From Planctomycetota bacterium (GTDB taxonomy: Bacteria > Planctomycetota > B15-G4), in contig JBBQUR010000001.1 in assembly GCA_038212275.1 (NCBI GenBank), positions 96,001 to 160,000 of the forward strand: a DNA stretch of 64,000 bases, read 5' to 3'. The notes beneath the pieces are model-generated. The model was not told the DNA's origin. It did not search any database and was given only the letters and a program-made list of their open reading frames with translations. Made by a program: the position numbers and the translations under genes. Positions 1-10,427 of the stretch are shown one piece after another (positions within the stretch are counted from its first letter, which is position 1; each line of letters opens with the position of its first letter).

Positions 1-69
1 CACGCCCGCGAGGTCGAACAGCAGCGGCGACTCGGCATAGGCCAGCGGGTCGCACAACGCGTCGGTCAT
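1..69 (-). CDS. 5' end of a CDS running off the window (MTDALCDPLAYAESPLLFDLAGV...)
   Basis: ATG at 69-67 and an open frame to position 1 with GC-rich third positions; too short to assign. Confidence 0.4.
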   Translation of the reverse strand, partial: MTDALCDPLAYAESPLLFDLAGV

Positions 70-203
70 CGCGGAGCACCTCGGGCAGGGATGGCCGGCC
101 CCGGCCGGCACGTGCGCGGCCCGTGCCTCGCGGCAGGCGGACGGCGCGGGATTCTAGGCAATGGCCCCGGCGCGGGGCCATCCTCGAACCTGCAGGGGCG
201 GGA

Positions 204-1295
204 TCAGTCCTGCTTGGTCTCGATCAGCGTGAACCAGCGGAGCTGCTCGCCTTGCCCGCCCTGGAGAGTCAGCGAATCCGAGATGGACTCGTAGCCCTCG
301 CGCTTCACGGCGACCTCGTAGTCCCCGTCGGGCAGGAAGCGGAGCACCGCCTGGCCCGCATCCTGCGTGCGGCTTGACGCGAATTTCGCCGAGCTGCGCA
401 GTTCGATCTCGGCCTCGCTCACGGGGCGGCCGTAGTTGTCGCGCACCGTGACGACGATCTGGTGTCGCGGCGAGAGGAAGAGACTGACCTCGGTGGTTCC
501 CTGGTTCACGTTGACCGAACGCAGCCGGTCCAGGTCGTTGCCGGGCTCGAGCAGCGTGATGGAGTAATCGCCTGCGGGCAGCGGCGAAAAACGGAAGCGG
601 CCGTCGCCGCCGGTGTGCGCGACGAGCGCCTGCGGCGGCTTGACCTCGTTGAAGAGTCGCACGACCTCGAGAAAGACCGGCACGTCCGCCACGGGCGAGC
701 GCGTCTCGTCGTACACCAGTCCAACGATGGACGGGCCGTGCGAGAGTCGCAGCGGGATGGCGCCGGGGAGCTCGGGCGGCATGATCACGTCGGGCAACAC
801 GCCGGGCAGGTAGCCGGGCGCGCGCACCACGACGTCCCAGCGGCCGGAGGGGCAGTCCCGGCGGAAGACGCCCGACGGCCCACGAAAGGGAACGGGCAGG
901 ACCTCGGTGCTCAGCATCCGTTCGAGCGGCGGGTCGGCGGAGTACGGGAGGATGGTCACGTCGAAGGGGCTGACGGGCGAACCGGTCTCGTCGTCCACGA
1001 CGGCGAGCACGAGGAACGGGGCGCCAAGTCTCTGCGGCGGCAGCACGAGCGATTGGCGAGGCGCGGGGGCGCTGGCGATCGTCGGCGCCGTGGAGGCCGC
1101 GCCTGTCGGCAGCACGGGGGTGGCGGCGCTGCTCACTTCGGGACGGCTCAGCACCTGCACCGAACCGGTCTCCGGCTCCTCGGAGTCACCCGTGCGGGCC
1201 ATGATCAGCGCGCCGATCAGGCCGCCGATCAACGCGGCCACCAGCAGGCTTGCGGTGAGCCAGAGAGCCAACGGCGGATTGCGGTGCTTCGTCAT
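204..1295 (-). CDS. Membrane-anchored carboxypeptidase-regulatory-like (beta-sandwich repeat) protein
   Basis: N-terminal TM helix, P/A/S linker, repeats such as G.V.D...PV..V.V, 'DGRFRFSPLPAGDYSI', 'LPDGDYEVAVKREGY'. Confidence 0.75.
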   Translation of the reverse strand: MTKHRNPPLALWLTASLLVAALIGGLIGALIMARTGDSEEPETGSVQVLSRPEVSSAATPVLPTGAASTAPTIASAPAPRQSLVLPPQRLGAPFLVLAVVDDETGSPVSPFDVTILPYSADPPLERMLSTEVLPVPFRGPSGVFRRDCPSGRWDVVVRAPGYLPGVLPDVIMPPELPGAIPLRLSHGPSIVGLVYDETRSPVADVPVFLEVVRLFNEVKPPQALVAHTGGDGRFRFSPLPAGDYSITLLEPGNDLDRLRSVNVNQGTTEVSLFLSPRHQIVVTVRDNYGRPVSEAEIELRSSAKFASSRTQDAGQAVLRFLPDGDYEVAVKREGYESISDSLTLQGGQGEQLRWFTLIETKQD

Positions 1296-1401
1296 GCGGG
1301 CCGATTCTGGAAGTCTTCGCGCCTCGACCTTACTTTACCTGCCCCCGTCGGTGACTCTCCGCCGGGTGGTGCCGACCGCCGTGCTCGAACGAAAGGCTCT
1401 C

Positions 1402-3981
1402 ATGTCTCATCGCTCCCTGCTCGTCCTCGCTCTGGCTGCCGGCTGCCTGGTGGTTGCCTTCCGTCCAGCGGAACCCGCCAACCCCCTGCCCGTCGCGGCG
1501 CCCGCGGCCGTGTCGAGCGTGGCGCAGGCTGCCGCGCCGGGAGCGGTGCCCAAGACCATCATCCTCGGCTTCGATGGCATGGACTACGAGCTCACGAAGC
1601 GGTTCATGGACCAGGGCCTGATGCCGAACTTCAAGCGCCTGTCCGAGCAGGGAGTCTTCCAGAGGCTGGAGACGAGCAACCCGGCCCAGTCGCCGGTGAG
1701 CTGGGCCGTGTTCAACACGGGCTGCAACCCGGGCAAGACGGGAGTGGCCGGCTTCGTGAGCCGGCAGATCACGCGAACACTCCCCGACGGAAGGGAGGTC
1801 AAGGGCCCGCCCATGCCCCAGATGATGCTCGGCTTCGCCGAGCGCATTCCGGCGGACGATTTCGTCGAGCATCCGATGGCGCTGCAGGATCCCGGCAAGT
1901 TCCGCACCCACGCACTGCTGCTGGGCGGAGCGGTCGGGTTGCTCGCTGGCCTGCTGCTCTTCAAGCTCATCTTCCGCGCCGGCTGGGGCGCTGCCCTCGT
2001 GATGGGGCTGCTGCTGGGAGTCGGCGGCGGCTTCGCAGGTCGGCACTGGGCGGTCTCGTACATCGCCACGCTGCCGGCCGATGGCAAGCTGCCCTACGTC
2101 GTGAACCCGATGCAGGGCACGAGCTTCTGGAGCTACCTCGACGGCATCGGCGTGCGCACGCGCGGCATCCAGATCGCGTCCACTTATCCGCCGGACCACG
2201 AGGGCAAGAACACGGAGCTGCTCTCCGGCCTCGGTGTCATGGATGTCACCGGTTCGCCCGGCTCCTACACGATCTACACCAACGACCAGTGGACCTTCAC
2301 CGACAAGGGCACCAGCAGCGGCGGCAAGATCATGAAGCTGTACGAGGACGAGCCCGGCGTCATCCACGCCAAGCTCAACGGCCCGCGCAACTGGTTCGAG
2401 CAGGTGCGCTTCGAGACGCAGCTCAAGGAGCTCAATGCGCTGAAGGGCACAGCCGGCGCGCCGAAGGACCTGGACGACCGGATCAAGAGCGTGCAGGCCG
2501 AGCAGGCGAAGTGGCTCGGCAAGGACAGCGGAAAGACCGCGGTGCCCTTCACGATGACCGTCGACAAGGAGAACCATGCCATCGACTTCTCGGTCGGCGG
2601 TGATGGCGAGGACGGCTCGCCGGAGCCGGTGAAGTTCCGCCTCGCGCAAGGCGCGTGGAGCGACTTCGTGCCTGTCGAGTTCAAGCTGAGCGAGCGCTAC
2701 AGCGCCTTCGGCACCGTGCTCTTCCACATCCTGAAGTGCGACGACGAGGAAGTGCGCGTGTTCGTGCCGCCCATCAACATCGATCCCGAGCATCCGCCCG
2801 AGCAGCTCCCGATCAGCGCGCCCGGGTCCTTTTCGGCCGACCTCGTGCACGAGATCGGCCACGACTACGAGACGCTCGGCTGGGCCTGCATCACAAACCC
2901 GCTGAAGGACTGGGAAGACACGCGGCTCCCCGAACAGTCCTTCATGGACGACATGGTCTCCACCGAGGCGCTGCGCGAGGACCTGCTCATCGCGAGCCTG
3001 CAGCGCAGCGACGACTGGGACGTGTTCTTCCAGGTGCTCTCCACGCCCGACCGGGTGTGTCACATGCTCTTCCGCGAGTCCGACCCGAAGCATCCCGCCT
3101 ACGACAAGACGCTGGCCGACACGATGGTCACGGCGTGGGGCAAGACCTTCCCGCTCAGCGAAGCCATCCCGCAGCTCTACGCTCAGGAGGACCGCCTGGT
3201 CGGCCGCGTGCTCGATCTCATCGATCAGGGCAAGCTGGGTCCCGACTGCCTGCTCATGCTCGTCTCGGATCACGGCTTCTCGTCGTTCCGGCGGCAGGTG
3301 AACTTGAACAACGCGCTGGCAGAGCTCGGCTACCTGGTGTTCCTGCCGGGCCTCGACGTCGCGTCCGCGCGCGAGGAGGGCAAGAGCGACCAGCTCCAGT
3401 ACGTGGACTGGGACAAGACGCGTGCCTACTCGCTCGGCCTCGGCGAGGTCTTCGTCAACCTGCTGGGGCGCGAGGAAAAGGGCATCGTGCCTCCCGACCA
3501 GTACGACACCCTGGTGGAGAACATCCGCAAGGACCTGCTCACGCTGAAGGACCCGAAGGACGGCGCGTCGGTGGTGACGACGGCCTCGCGCAGGGACAAG
3601 CTCTACAACGGGCCGTGGTGGAAAGAAGGCATGGCCTTCCGCAAGGTGCGCGGCAAGGATGTCGAGGTGCACCATGACGGCTTTGCCGACATCTTCCTCG
3701 GGTACGCGCCGTATTATCGTGTGGCGTGGTCCAACACGCTGGGCGGCCTCGATGCCGCGACCGTGACGGACAACACCAATCACTGGTCGGGCGATCACGT
3801 GAGCGTGGATCCGAGCCACGTTCCGGGCATCCTGTTCAGCAACCGGCGCATGACCGCGCCGACGGAGTCGTCGCTCATGGACATCGCCCCGACCGTGCTC
3901 AAGCGCTACGGCATCGACCCCGCGCCGCCGCACACGGAAATGGACGGCAAGCCGCTCCCGTTCGAGACCCAGAGCCGATGA
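1402..3981 (+). CDS. Alkaline phosphatase superfamily / type I phosphodiesterase-nucleotide pyrophosphatase family protein
   Basis: Motifs ILGFDGMD, NPAQSPVSW, PDRVCH, VSDHGF, SGDH; signal peptide; start moved to ATG 1402 after GAAAGG. Confidence 0.85.
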   Translation: MSHRSLLVLALAAGCLVVAFRPAEPANPLPVAAPAAVSSVAQAAAPGAVPKTIILGFDGMDYELTKRFMDQGLMPNFKRLSEQGVFQRLETSNPAQSPVSWAVFNTGCNPGKTGVAGFVSRQITRTLPDGREVKGPPMPQMMLGFAERIPADDFVEHPMALQDPGKFRTHALLLGGAVGLLAGLLLFKLIFRAGWGAALVMGLLLGVGGGFAGRHWAVSYIATLPADGKLPYVVNPMQGTSFWSYLDGIGVRTRGIQIASTYPPDHEGKNTELLSGLGVMDVTGSPGSYTIYTNDQWTFTDKGTSSGGKIMKLYEDEPGVIHAKLNGPRNWFEQVRFETQLKELNALKGTAGAPKDLDDRIKSVQAEQAKWLGKDSGKTAVPFTMTVDKENHAIDFSVGGDGEDGSPEPVKFRLAQGAWSDFVPVEFKLSERYSAFGTVLFHILKCDDEEVRVFVPPINIDPEHPPEQLPISAPGSFSADLVHEIGHDYETLGWACITNPLKDWEDTRLPEQSFMDDMVSTEALREDLLIASLQRSDDWDVFFQVLSTPDRVCHMLFRESDPKHPAYDKTLADTMVTAWGKTFPLSEAIPQLYAQEDRLVGRVLDLIDQGKLGPDCLLMLVSDHGFSSFRRQVNLNNALAELGYLVFLPGLDVASAREEGKSDQLQYVDWDKTRAYSLGLGEVFVNLLGREEKGIVPPDQYDTLVENIRKDLLTLKDPKDGASVVTTASRRDKLYNGPWWKEGMAFRKVRGKDVEVHHDGFADIFLGYAPYYRVAWSNTLGGLDAATVTDNTNHWSGDHVSVDPSHVPGILFSNRRMTAPTESSLMDIAPTVLKRYGIDPAPPHTEMDGKPLPFETQSR

Positions 3982-5057
3982 GTCTCACGCTCGTCACCGG
4001 CGGCACGGGCTTCCTCGGCCGGCACCTCGTGGGTGCGCTCGCGGCGCGCGGGGACAAGGTGCGCGTCCTGGCGCGCGCCGGCAGCGACGTGACCGGCCTC
4101 GACGGTGTCGGCGGCATCGAGATCGTGCGCGGCGACATCACGCGCCGCGCCGATCTGTCCGGCGCGCTGTCCGGCTGCGACCGCGTCTTCCACGCCGCGG
4201 CCGAGATGCGCGACGAGCAGCCTGCAGAGGTCTATCGCGCGGCCAACCACGCCGCCGTGGAAACGCTGCTCGAGTTGTGCTTCGAGGGCGGCGTGCAGCG
4301 TGTCGTGTGCACGTCCAGCTACTTCGCGATCGGCCGCACGGGCCCGCCTCGCAACGCCGAGGGCTTCATCGCCGACGAATACTGGACCCACGATCCGGAC
4401 GATTTCCACGGCCCGCTCGAGGAAAGCAAGTACGACGCCGAGCACGCGGTGAACCAGCAGGTGTCGGTGGGCAAGCCGGTCTTCGCCACCGTGCCGACGA
4501 TGATCTACGGGCCAGAGGCCCGTCCCGTCTCGCGCGCGGAGGAACTGCGGCCGGGCAATCGCATCGTGCGCCTGCTCGCGGAGCACGCCGCCGGCCGTTA
4601 CGCCGGCATTCCGGGCACGGGCCAGCAGCTGTGGAATCTCGTGCATGTGGGGGACGTGGTGGCAGGGCACCTGGCCGCCATGGATGCGCAGGATCCGTCG
4701 GGCAAGTGGCCGCCGCCGCGCTGGACGCACTGGCACATGATCCTCGGCGGCGAGAACGTGTCCGTGAACGAACTCTTCGCGCGCTTCTCCGGGCTGACAG
4801 GCGTGGCTCCGCCGAAGGCCATGGGCGCGGGCGGCTTTCTGGGCAAGTTGTTCGGGGGAGGCCGCAAGGCCGGCAAGGAACGGACCGCGATGGACAGTCA
4901 CAGCTGGGCCTACACCTCCGCGATGGCGGGCCATGATTTCGGCTACCGGAGCCGGTCGCTCGACGAAGGCCTCGCCCAGACCGTCGAGTGGATGGCGCGC
5001 TGCGGACTGGTGAAGGTGTCGGGAAGCGGCGGGCGCTCCCCGGCGTCGAAGGCGTGA
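3978..5057 (+). CDS. NAD-dependent epimerase/dehydratase (extended SDR, HpnA/dihydroflavonol reductase-like)
   Basis: LVTGGTGFLG Rossmann motif, GDIT, FHAAA, VHVGDV; ATGA overlap with the upstream gene. Confidence 0.85.
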   Translation: MSLTLVTGGTGFLGRHLVGALAARGDKVRVLARAGSDVTGLDGVGGIEIVRGDITRRADLSGALSGCDRVFHAAAEMRDEQPAEVYRAANHAAVETLLELCFEGGVQRVVCTSSYFAIGRTGPPRNAEGFIADEYWTHDPDDFHGPLEESKYDAEHAVNQQVSVGKPVFATVPTMIYGPEARPVSRAEELRPGNRIVRLLAEHAAGRYAGIPGTGQQLWNLVHVGDVVAGHLAAMDAQDPSGKWPPPRWTHWHMILGGENVSVNELFARFSGLTGVAPPKAMGAGGFLGKLFGGGRKAGKERTAMDSHSWAYTSAMAGHDFGYRSRSLDEGLAQTVEWMARCGLVKVSGSGGRSPASKA

Positions 5058-5059
5058 TC

Positions 5060-6244
5060 ATGGACACGCTCCGCTTCGTCGCCGCCGCATCGGTGTTCCT
5101 GCTCGTGGCTGGCTGCGATGTGCCGCCGATGGTCGAAGCGCGGGCTTCCAATACCTACATGGCGGAGTCCGGGCCTTCCGTCGAGAACAACGAGTCGACG
5201 AGCATCGCCGGCATGGGTGAGCCGGCCATCACGCACGGGGCCCTGTCGCGCTCGGTCACGCGGAAGCTCGACACCATGCTGGAGGCCATCCTGCGCAGCA
5301 CGCTTCCCGAGGTGGCCGGGCTGCACAAGGACCTCGAAGCCAGTGCCGCGCAACTCGTGCCGCCCGAACGCCTTGCCACCAACGACACCACGCTGCGCGC
5401 CTGGGGCCAGGCCGAGCGGGACAACTACCGGTCGGTCGTGGACGTGATCTACGACGAGGCGACCCGACGCCTGAAGGGCCTGGAGGAAGCGGCCGACGAG
5501 GCGGCGGCCGCGCAGGCGCGCACGCTGGCCCCGCAGCGCTCGCCGCTCGACACGGGCGCCACGGGCGATGCCGCGCTGGACACCGCGGTGACGACGTTCG
5601 GGGAGGTCATGGCGGGGGCCGTGGGCCTGCGCGAGGTGGACGTGCGCCACCAGCAGGACCGCGCCCGGCAACTCGACCTGTTCGAGGTGTTCAGCAGCTT
5701 CGGAGCGAAGAAGGCCGCCGTCCTGGCGGGCGAGGAGTCCTCACCCGACGCAGAGGCCGAGAGCGAGATGCATGGCCGCATCCTGCTCTTCGTGGGTGGC
5801 GACGAAACGCTGGGCGCGCCGCGCGCGCTGCTGGCGTTCCGCAGCGACGCCAACGAACCGGAGAGCCATCGCCTCGTGCAGGTCATGCGTCACCGCGTGA
5901 TGCGCGGTGGCGCCATCGTCGCCGACCTCGGCTGGCGTGCGGCGCCCACGCAAGGGAAGCCCGGTCTTCCGAAGACCACGGTGCTGGAGAACTTCCTCAT
6001 CGCGCCGCGTGTCGAGCCCGTGCTGGACCGATCCTCTCCGTCCTACGCGAATCTCACGGACATGCGCATCGTGGTGGACATCCAGTCGGCCGTGCTCGAC
6101 GCGGACAAGCAGGTTCTCGGCGGCGTGGACTGGCGCATCGAGTTCCAGGTCTCGATGAACGGTGCGCTCACGTGGCAGCTCGCCGGCGGCCGGCCGAAGT
6201 TCGATCCCTATTGCTCCGAAGTGAAGAGCGTGATGGGCCTCTGA
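5060..6244 (+). CDS. Hypothetical lipoprotein
   Basis: Lipobox LVAG-C after a hydrophobic stretch; 2 nt downstream of the epimerase stop. Confidence 0.7.
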   Translation: MDTLRFVAAASVFLLVAGCDVPPMVEARASNTYMAESGPSVENNESTSIAGMGEPAITHGALSRSVTRKLDTMLEAILRSTLPEVAGLHKDLEASAAQLVPPERLATNDTTLRAWGQAERDNYRSVVDVIYDEATRRLKGLEEAADEAAAAQARTLAPQRSPLDTGATGDAALDTAVTTFGEVMAGAVGLREVDVRHQQDRARQLDLFEVFSSFGAKKAAVLAGEESSPDAEAESEMHGRILLFVGGDETLGAPRALLAFRSDANEPESHRLVQVMRHRVMRGGAIVADLGWRAAPTQGKPGLPKTTVLENFLIAPRVEPVLDRSSPSYANLTDMRIVVDIQSAVLDADKQVLGGVDWRIEFQVSMNGALTWQLAGGRPKFDPYCSEVKSVMGL

Positions 6245-6246
6245 GG

Positions 6247-6263
6247 CGGGGCGTTCCGCCCCG
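6247..6263. terminator. Short hairpin between convergent genes
   Basis: CGGGGCG-TTC-CGCCCCG just after the 6244 stop; weak U tract. Confidence 0.35.
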
Positions 6264-6293
6264 GCTTCCCCTTCGGCGCAGGCGCTCCGGCGC

Positions 6294-9275
6294 TCACTCC
6301 AGCAGCGCGTCGTAGCGTTCGCGCGTCTGCTGCGCCGCGTTTTCGAGGTCCACGAGGAGCTGGTGCCCGGCGTCGCCTTCGGCGCTGTCCACGTAGCCGA
6401 GGCGCAGGGCCAGCGCGCGACACTGCTCGGGGTCGGCCGGGACTTCCTTGGTGTCGAGGCCCAGCGCGATCTGCAGGCGCGTCTCGACGCGGCGGAAGAA
6501 GAGATAGGTGTCGCGCAGCCACAGCGCCGTGTTCTCCGGAAGGACTTCGGCATCGCCGAGCGCTTCGAGCGCGCGCGGGGTCTCCTGCACGAGCAGGGAG
6601 GGCATGCGTTCGCCGTGCTTGAGCTGCAGGAACTGCGTGAGGAACTCGATGTCCACCATGCCGCCGGTGCCGCGCTTGAGATCGAGGCCGTGCGCCGTGG
6701 CTTCGATGCGCGCGCGCATGTCGCGGAGGCGTGTCGCCAGGTCTTCGGGCAGCTCGGGGCCGCGCACCGTGCTGCGCACGACGGAGTGGACCTTCTGTCC
6801 GAGTTCCGCGTCGCCCGCGATGACGCGCGCCTTGAGCAGCGCCTGGCGCTCGAAGAGCGCGGCGCGCGGCGAGCGATAGTAAGCCTGCAGGGCGCGCAGG
6901 CTGGTGACCAGCGGCCCCTTGGCGCCTTCCGGGCGCAGCCGCGTGTCGAGCCGGTAGAGTCGCGGGCCGCCGCGCGCTCCGGAGATGCGCGCGATGAACT
7001 CTTCGGCGACTCGCGCGAAGAAGACGCTGTTGGGCGTGCCGTTGTCGGTCTGGCCCTCGCCGCTGTAGACGAAGAGCACGTCGGCGTCGCTGGCGTAGTT
7101 GGCTTCCAGGCCGCCGACCTTGCCGACCGCGACGACGACCATGCCGGCCGACGCCTTGGCGGAGAGGCCCTTGATGCAGTAGGGCGAGCCGTGCTCGCGC
7201 ACGGCGCGGGACATGCACACGTCGAAGCCGCGCCGCAGGATGTCGATGCAGAGCTGCGACAATTCGGCCAGCGTCTGGCGGATGGGCGTGCTGTCCTGCA
7301 GGTCGTGCACGCCGATCCGCAGCGTTTCCAGCTTCTTGTAGTCCGAGAGCACGAGCCACGGGTCCTCGCCGACGTCTCGATTCTCGCGCTCGAGGCCCGA
7401 GAGACTCTGGCGGCGCGCGTGGCGGCCGCGCATGCCGGTGAGGAGCGCATCGATGAAGTCGTCGAAGATGTGCGGTTCGGAGATGAGCAGTTCGGTGAGA
7501 TACGGGCTGCCGGCGGCGAGGTCGCAGAGCATTGCCAGCAGGGCCGGCTCATGGCCGAGCTGGCTGTACAGCACCTCGCGCGCACCGACGCCGGCGGTCA
7601 TGCGCTCGAAGCGATCGAGCGCGGCGTCCGGGTCGGGCGCCAGCGCGAGGCGCTCGAGCAGCACGGGGGCCACCGAAGCGAACGCCGAGAGCAGGCGCGG
7701 CGAAGCCGGAAGGAAGCGGCTGGCCGGGGCGCCTGCCCGGCGCAGCATCGCAAGGCTGTCGGCGGGGCGCTGGAAGCCGAGATCCGCCAGCACGGCGTGG
7801 CTGCGCGCGACGGGCAATCGCGTGTCGAGGATGACCTCCGCGAGGTCGGCCGCCGGCCCCTCCATGTCGCGGAAGGCGCGCTGGAAATGGCGCTCGAAGA
7901 TCTCGCGCACCCGCACGCGATGTTCGCCGAGTTCCATGTCCAGGCTCTGCACGTCCCTGCGGTGCATCAGGCGCGCGAGCGGGAGGCGCTCCCCCGGCAG
8001 CCGGTGCGTCTGCACGCGGTGCATGACCTGCAGCAGGTTCTCGACGCGGCGGTGAAAGCGGTAGGCGGTCCGAAGTCGCGAGGCCTCCAGCGTGGTGATC
8101 GCGCCGGCGACGCGCAGGCGCTCGAGGCTCGTGAGCGTGGAGCGTGAAATGAGCCCCGGATTCTGCGCGGCGTGCAGCAGCGAGAGGAACTGCACGATCG
8201 TCTCGATGTCGCGAATGCCACCCGGAGCCTGCTTGATGTCCGCGGTTTCCTCGGGCGAACTGTGGTGCGCCTCGGTCACGCTCTTCAGTCGCTTGAACTG
8301 CCGGATCGCGCCTGCGTCCATGCCGCAGCGCAGGATCCACTCGTGCGTGCGCTGCAGGAATTGCGCGCCGGCGTCGCCGGCCTCGCTGACGAGCCGCGCC
8401 TTGGTGAGCATCTGGCGCTCCCACGGCCTTCCGACCTGCTCGTAGTACTGCATGCAGGACGAGAGGGTGCGCGTGAGGAATCCGGTCTGGCCTTCGGGGC
8501 GGAGGCGCATGTCCACCCGATAGAGGTGGCCCTCGGGCGTCTGGCGCGACAACAGCTTGAGCAGGGCCCGGCCCGCACCGTCGGCGGACGGCTGGTCGTC
8601 GGCGATGTCGGGTCGCACGAAGATCAGGTCGATGTCGCTGGAGTAGTTCAGCTCCATGCCGCCCAGCTTGCCCAGCGCCACGATCGCGAAGTGACGATCG
8701 GCGCCGAGTCCTGCGGCCGCGCTGCTCGTGATCGCATCCGCGAGCAGCGACAGTTTCTGCGTGACCTGCTCCACGTCGAGACCGCGGACGAGGTCCTCCC
8801 ACGCGATGGCGAGCAGGTCGCGCTGCTGGATCAGGCGCAAGGCGCGCTCGCGGTCGTCATGCGTGGCGGCTGCGAGGTACCGGGCCGGCGCTCCCGCGGC
8901 ATCGAAGGGCGTGCCGAGGTCGGCCAGCAGCTCCGGGCGCGCCAGGAGCAGGTCGGCCATGTGCTGGCTGCTGCCCAGAAACGTGGCCAGGTCGGAGGCA
9001 GGCACCGACGACATCGGGCGGTCTGCCAGCGTCGCGAGGCGGCTGCTGTTGATCAGTCCTGCCAGCGGATCCGCGCTGGCCGCGCTGCCCAGCACGATGG
9101 CGGCGACGGGCACGTCGTCGCGCGGTGCGGCGAGCAGCGCGTCGAGAGCCTCGCATGCGGCCCGCCCATCGGTGAAGCCCGCGGCGACGAATGCGCTTCG
9201 CATCCGGTCGGCCTGCACGTGCCCTGCGGCGCGCGCGGTCACCAGCGTCTGCAGATCGTCCTCGCTCCCGGTCAT
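6294..9275 (-). CDS. glnE: Bifunctional glutamine synthetase adenylyltransferase/adenylyl-removing enzyme
   Basis: Two nucleotidyltransferase halves: GKLGGMELNYSSDIDL..YRVDMRLRPEG..KQAPGGIRDIE and GKVGGLEANYASDADV..YRLDTRLRPEG..KRGTGGMVDIEF. Confidence 0.93.
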   Translation of the reverse strand: MTGSEDDLQTLVTARAAGHVQADRMRSAFVAAGFTDGRAACEALDALLAAPRDDVPVAAIVLGSAASADPLAGLINSSRLATLADRPMSSVPASDLATFLGSSQHMADLLLARPELLADLGTPFDAAGAPARYLAAATHDDRERALRLIQQRDLLAIAWEDLVRGLDVEQVTQKLSLLADAITSSAAAGLGADRHFAIVALGKLGGMELNYSSDIDLIFVRPDIADDQPSADGAGRALLKLLSRQTPEGHLYRVDMRLRPEGQTGFLTRTLSSCMQYYEQVGRPWERQMLTKARLVSEAGDAGAQFLQRTHEWILRCGMDAGAIRQFKRLKSVTEAHHSSPEETADIKQAPGGIRDIETIVQFLSLLHAAQNPGLISRSTLTSLERLRVAGAITTLEASRLRTAYRFHRRVENLLQVMHRVQTHRLPGERLPLARLMHRRDVQSLDMELGEHRVRVREIFERHFQRAFRDMEGPAADLAEVILDTRLPVARSHAVLADLGFQRPADSLAMLRRAGAPASRFLPASPRLLSAFASVAPVLLERLALAPDPDAALDRFERMTAGVGAREVLYSQLGHEPALLAMLCDLAAGSPYLTELLISEPHIFDDFIDALLTGMRGRHARRQSLSGLERENRDVGEDPWLVLSDYKKLETLRIGVHDLQDSTPIRQTLAELSQLCIDILRRGFDVCMSRAVREHGSPYCIKGLSAKASAGMVVVAVGKVGGLEANYASDADVLFVYSGEGQTDNGTPNSVFFARVAEEFIARISGARGGPRLYRLDTRLRPEGAKGPLVTSLRALQAYYRSPRAALFERQALLKARVIAGDAELGQKVHSVVRSTVRGPELPEDLATRLRDMRARIEATAHGLDLKRGTGGMVDIEFLTQFLQLKHGERMPSLLVQETPRALEALGDAEVLPENTALWLRDTYLFFRRVETRLQIALGLDTKEVPADPEQCRALALRLGYVDSAEGDAGHQLLVDLENAAQQTRERYDALLE

Positions 9276-10312
9276 CGCCGGCACGCATCGAGCAGGGCCA
9301 GCGCGGCTTCCGTCACTGCGTCGGGCGCGAGGCGGTCCATGCACAGGCGGTCGCGGCAGCGACGCAAGGTGCATGGACTGCACGCGACGCCTGCGCGCAC
9401 GACGACGGAGCGGTCGAAGCACGGGCCGGTCACGGCCGCGTCCTTCGGTCCGTAGAGCCCGACGACCGGCGTGCCGAGGAAATTGGCGAGGTGCAGGGGC
9501 AGCGAGTCCGAGGCCACGACTAGATCGGCCGCGGCCAGCAGTGCGAGCAGATCGGGCAGGCCGCCGCGCGGGCCCGCGTGCAGCGCCTCGGGCGCCGCGG
9601 CTCGGACGGCGGCGACGAGCGCCTCCTCGTCCGGTCCGCCTGTCACGAGCACGCGGGCGCCGTGCTCGCGCACGAGAGCAAGCCCGACGGCGCTGAAGTG
9701 CCCGGGCGCCCAGCGCTTGAATGCGCCGAACGCCGACGTGCCCGGGTGGAGCACGACGAGCGGACCCCGGCGCGTGGACGGGCCGGCCAGCCCGCCGAGG
9801 AAGTCGCCGACGCGTCGGCGTGCGGCGTCATCGAGGGTGAGCGGCGGGCGGATCGGCGTGTGATCCACGGGAATGCCGAGGGCCTCGACGAGCGCCAGCG
9901 ACTGCTGCACGCGATGCCGCGCCCAGCGGGGCGGCGTGATCTGCTCGGTGAAGGCGCGATGGCTGCCCTCCCGGGCGAGTGCAGGGTTGAAACCCAGCTT
10001 CCGCGGGGCGCGCAGGAACGCGAGTTGCAGGCGGCTCTTGAGGTTGCCCTGGAGGTCGACCACGACATCGTCGTTCCGCGCTCGGAGAGTGAGAAAGTGT
10101 CGCGCCCATCGGGAGGGGCTGCGGCGCGGAAACACGACGATGTCGGACAGGCCGGCGACGCCGGCCAGCAGTCCCGCCGCACGGTCCTCGACGAGCCACG
10201 AGACGTGCTGGGCGCGCCCGCTTTCGATGAGGGCGCGAACCGCCGGGAGGGCGAACAGCACGTCGCCCAGCGCCGACAATCGCACGACGAGAACGGAGCG
10301 CAACGCAACCAC
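9272..10312 (-). CDS. Glycosyltransferase family 9 (LPS heptosyltransferase-like)
   Basis: VRLSALGDV, DLQGNLKS, LHPGTS..KRW, DSLPLHLA..GTPVVGLYGP; GTG start 7 nt after TAGCCT; ATGA overlap with glnE. Confidence 0.88.
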   Translation of the reverse strand: MVALRSVLVVRLSALGDVLFALPAVRALIESGRAQHVSWLVEDRAAGLLAGVAGLSDIVVFPRRSPSRWARHFLTLRARNDDVVVDLQGNLKSRLQLAFLRAPRKLGFNPALAREGSHRAFTEQITPPRWARHRVQQSLALVEALGIPVDHTPIRPPLTLDDAARRRVGDFLGGLAGPSTRRGPLVVLHPGTSAFGAFKRWAPGHFSAVGLALVREHGARVLVTGGPDEEALVAAVRAAAPEALHAGPRGGLPDLLALLAAADLVVASDSLPLHLANFLGTPVVGLYGPKDAAVTGPCFDRSVVVRAGVACSPCTLRRCRDRLCMDRLAPDAVTEAALALLDACRR

Positions 10313-10427
10313 GCGTCGCAGGCTAGCAAAGCGCGGTGCCGGGGCATCGGCCCGGAGCCTGGTCACGAACGCCTCGGGCTGGCCCTCGTGGAACCACTGA
10401 GCGGGGCGGGGTAAGGTGCGCACCGAC

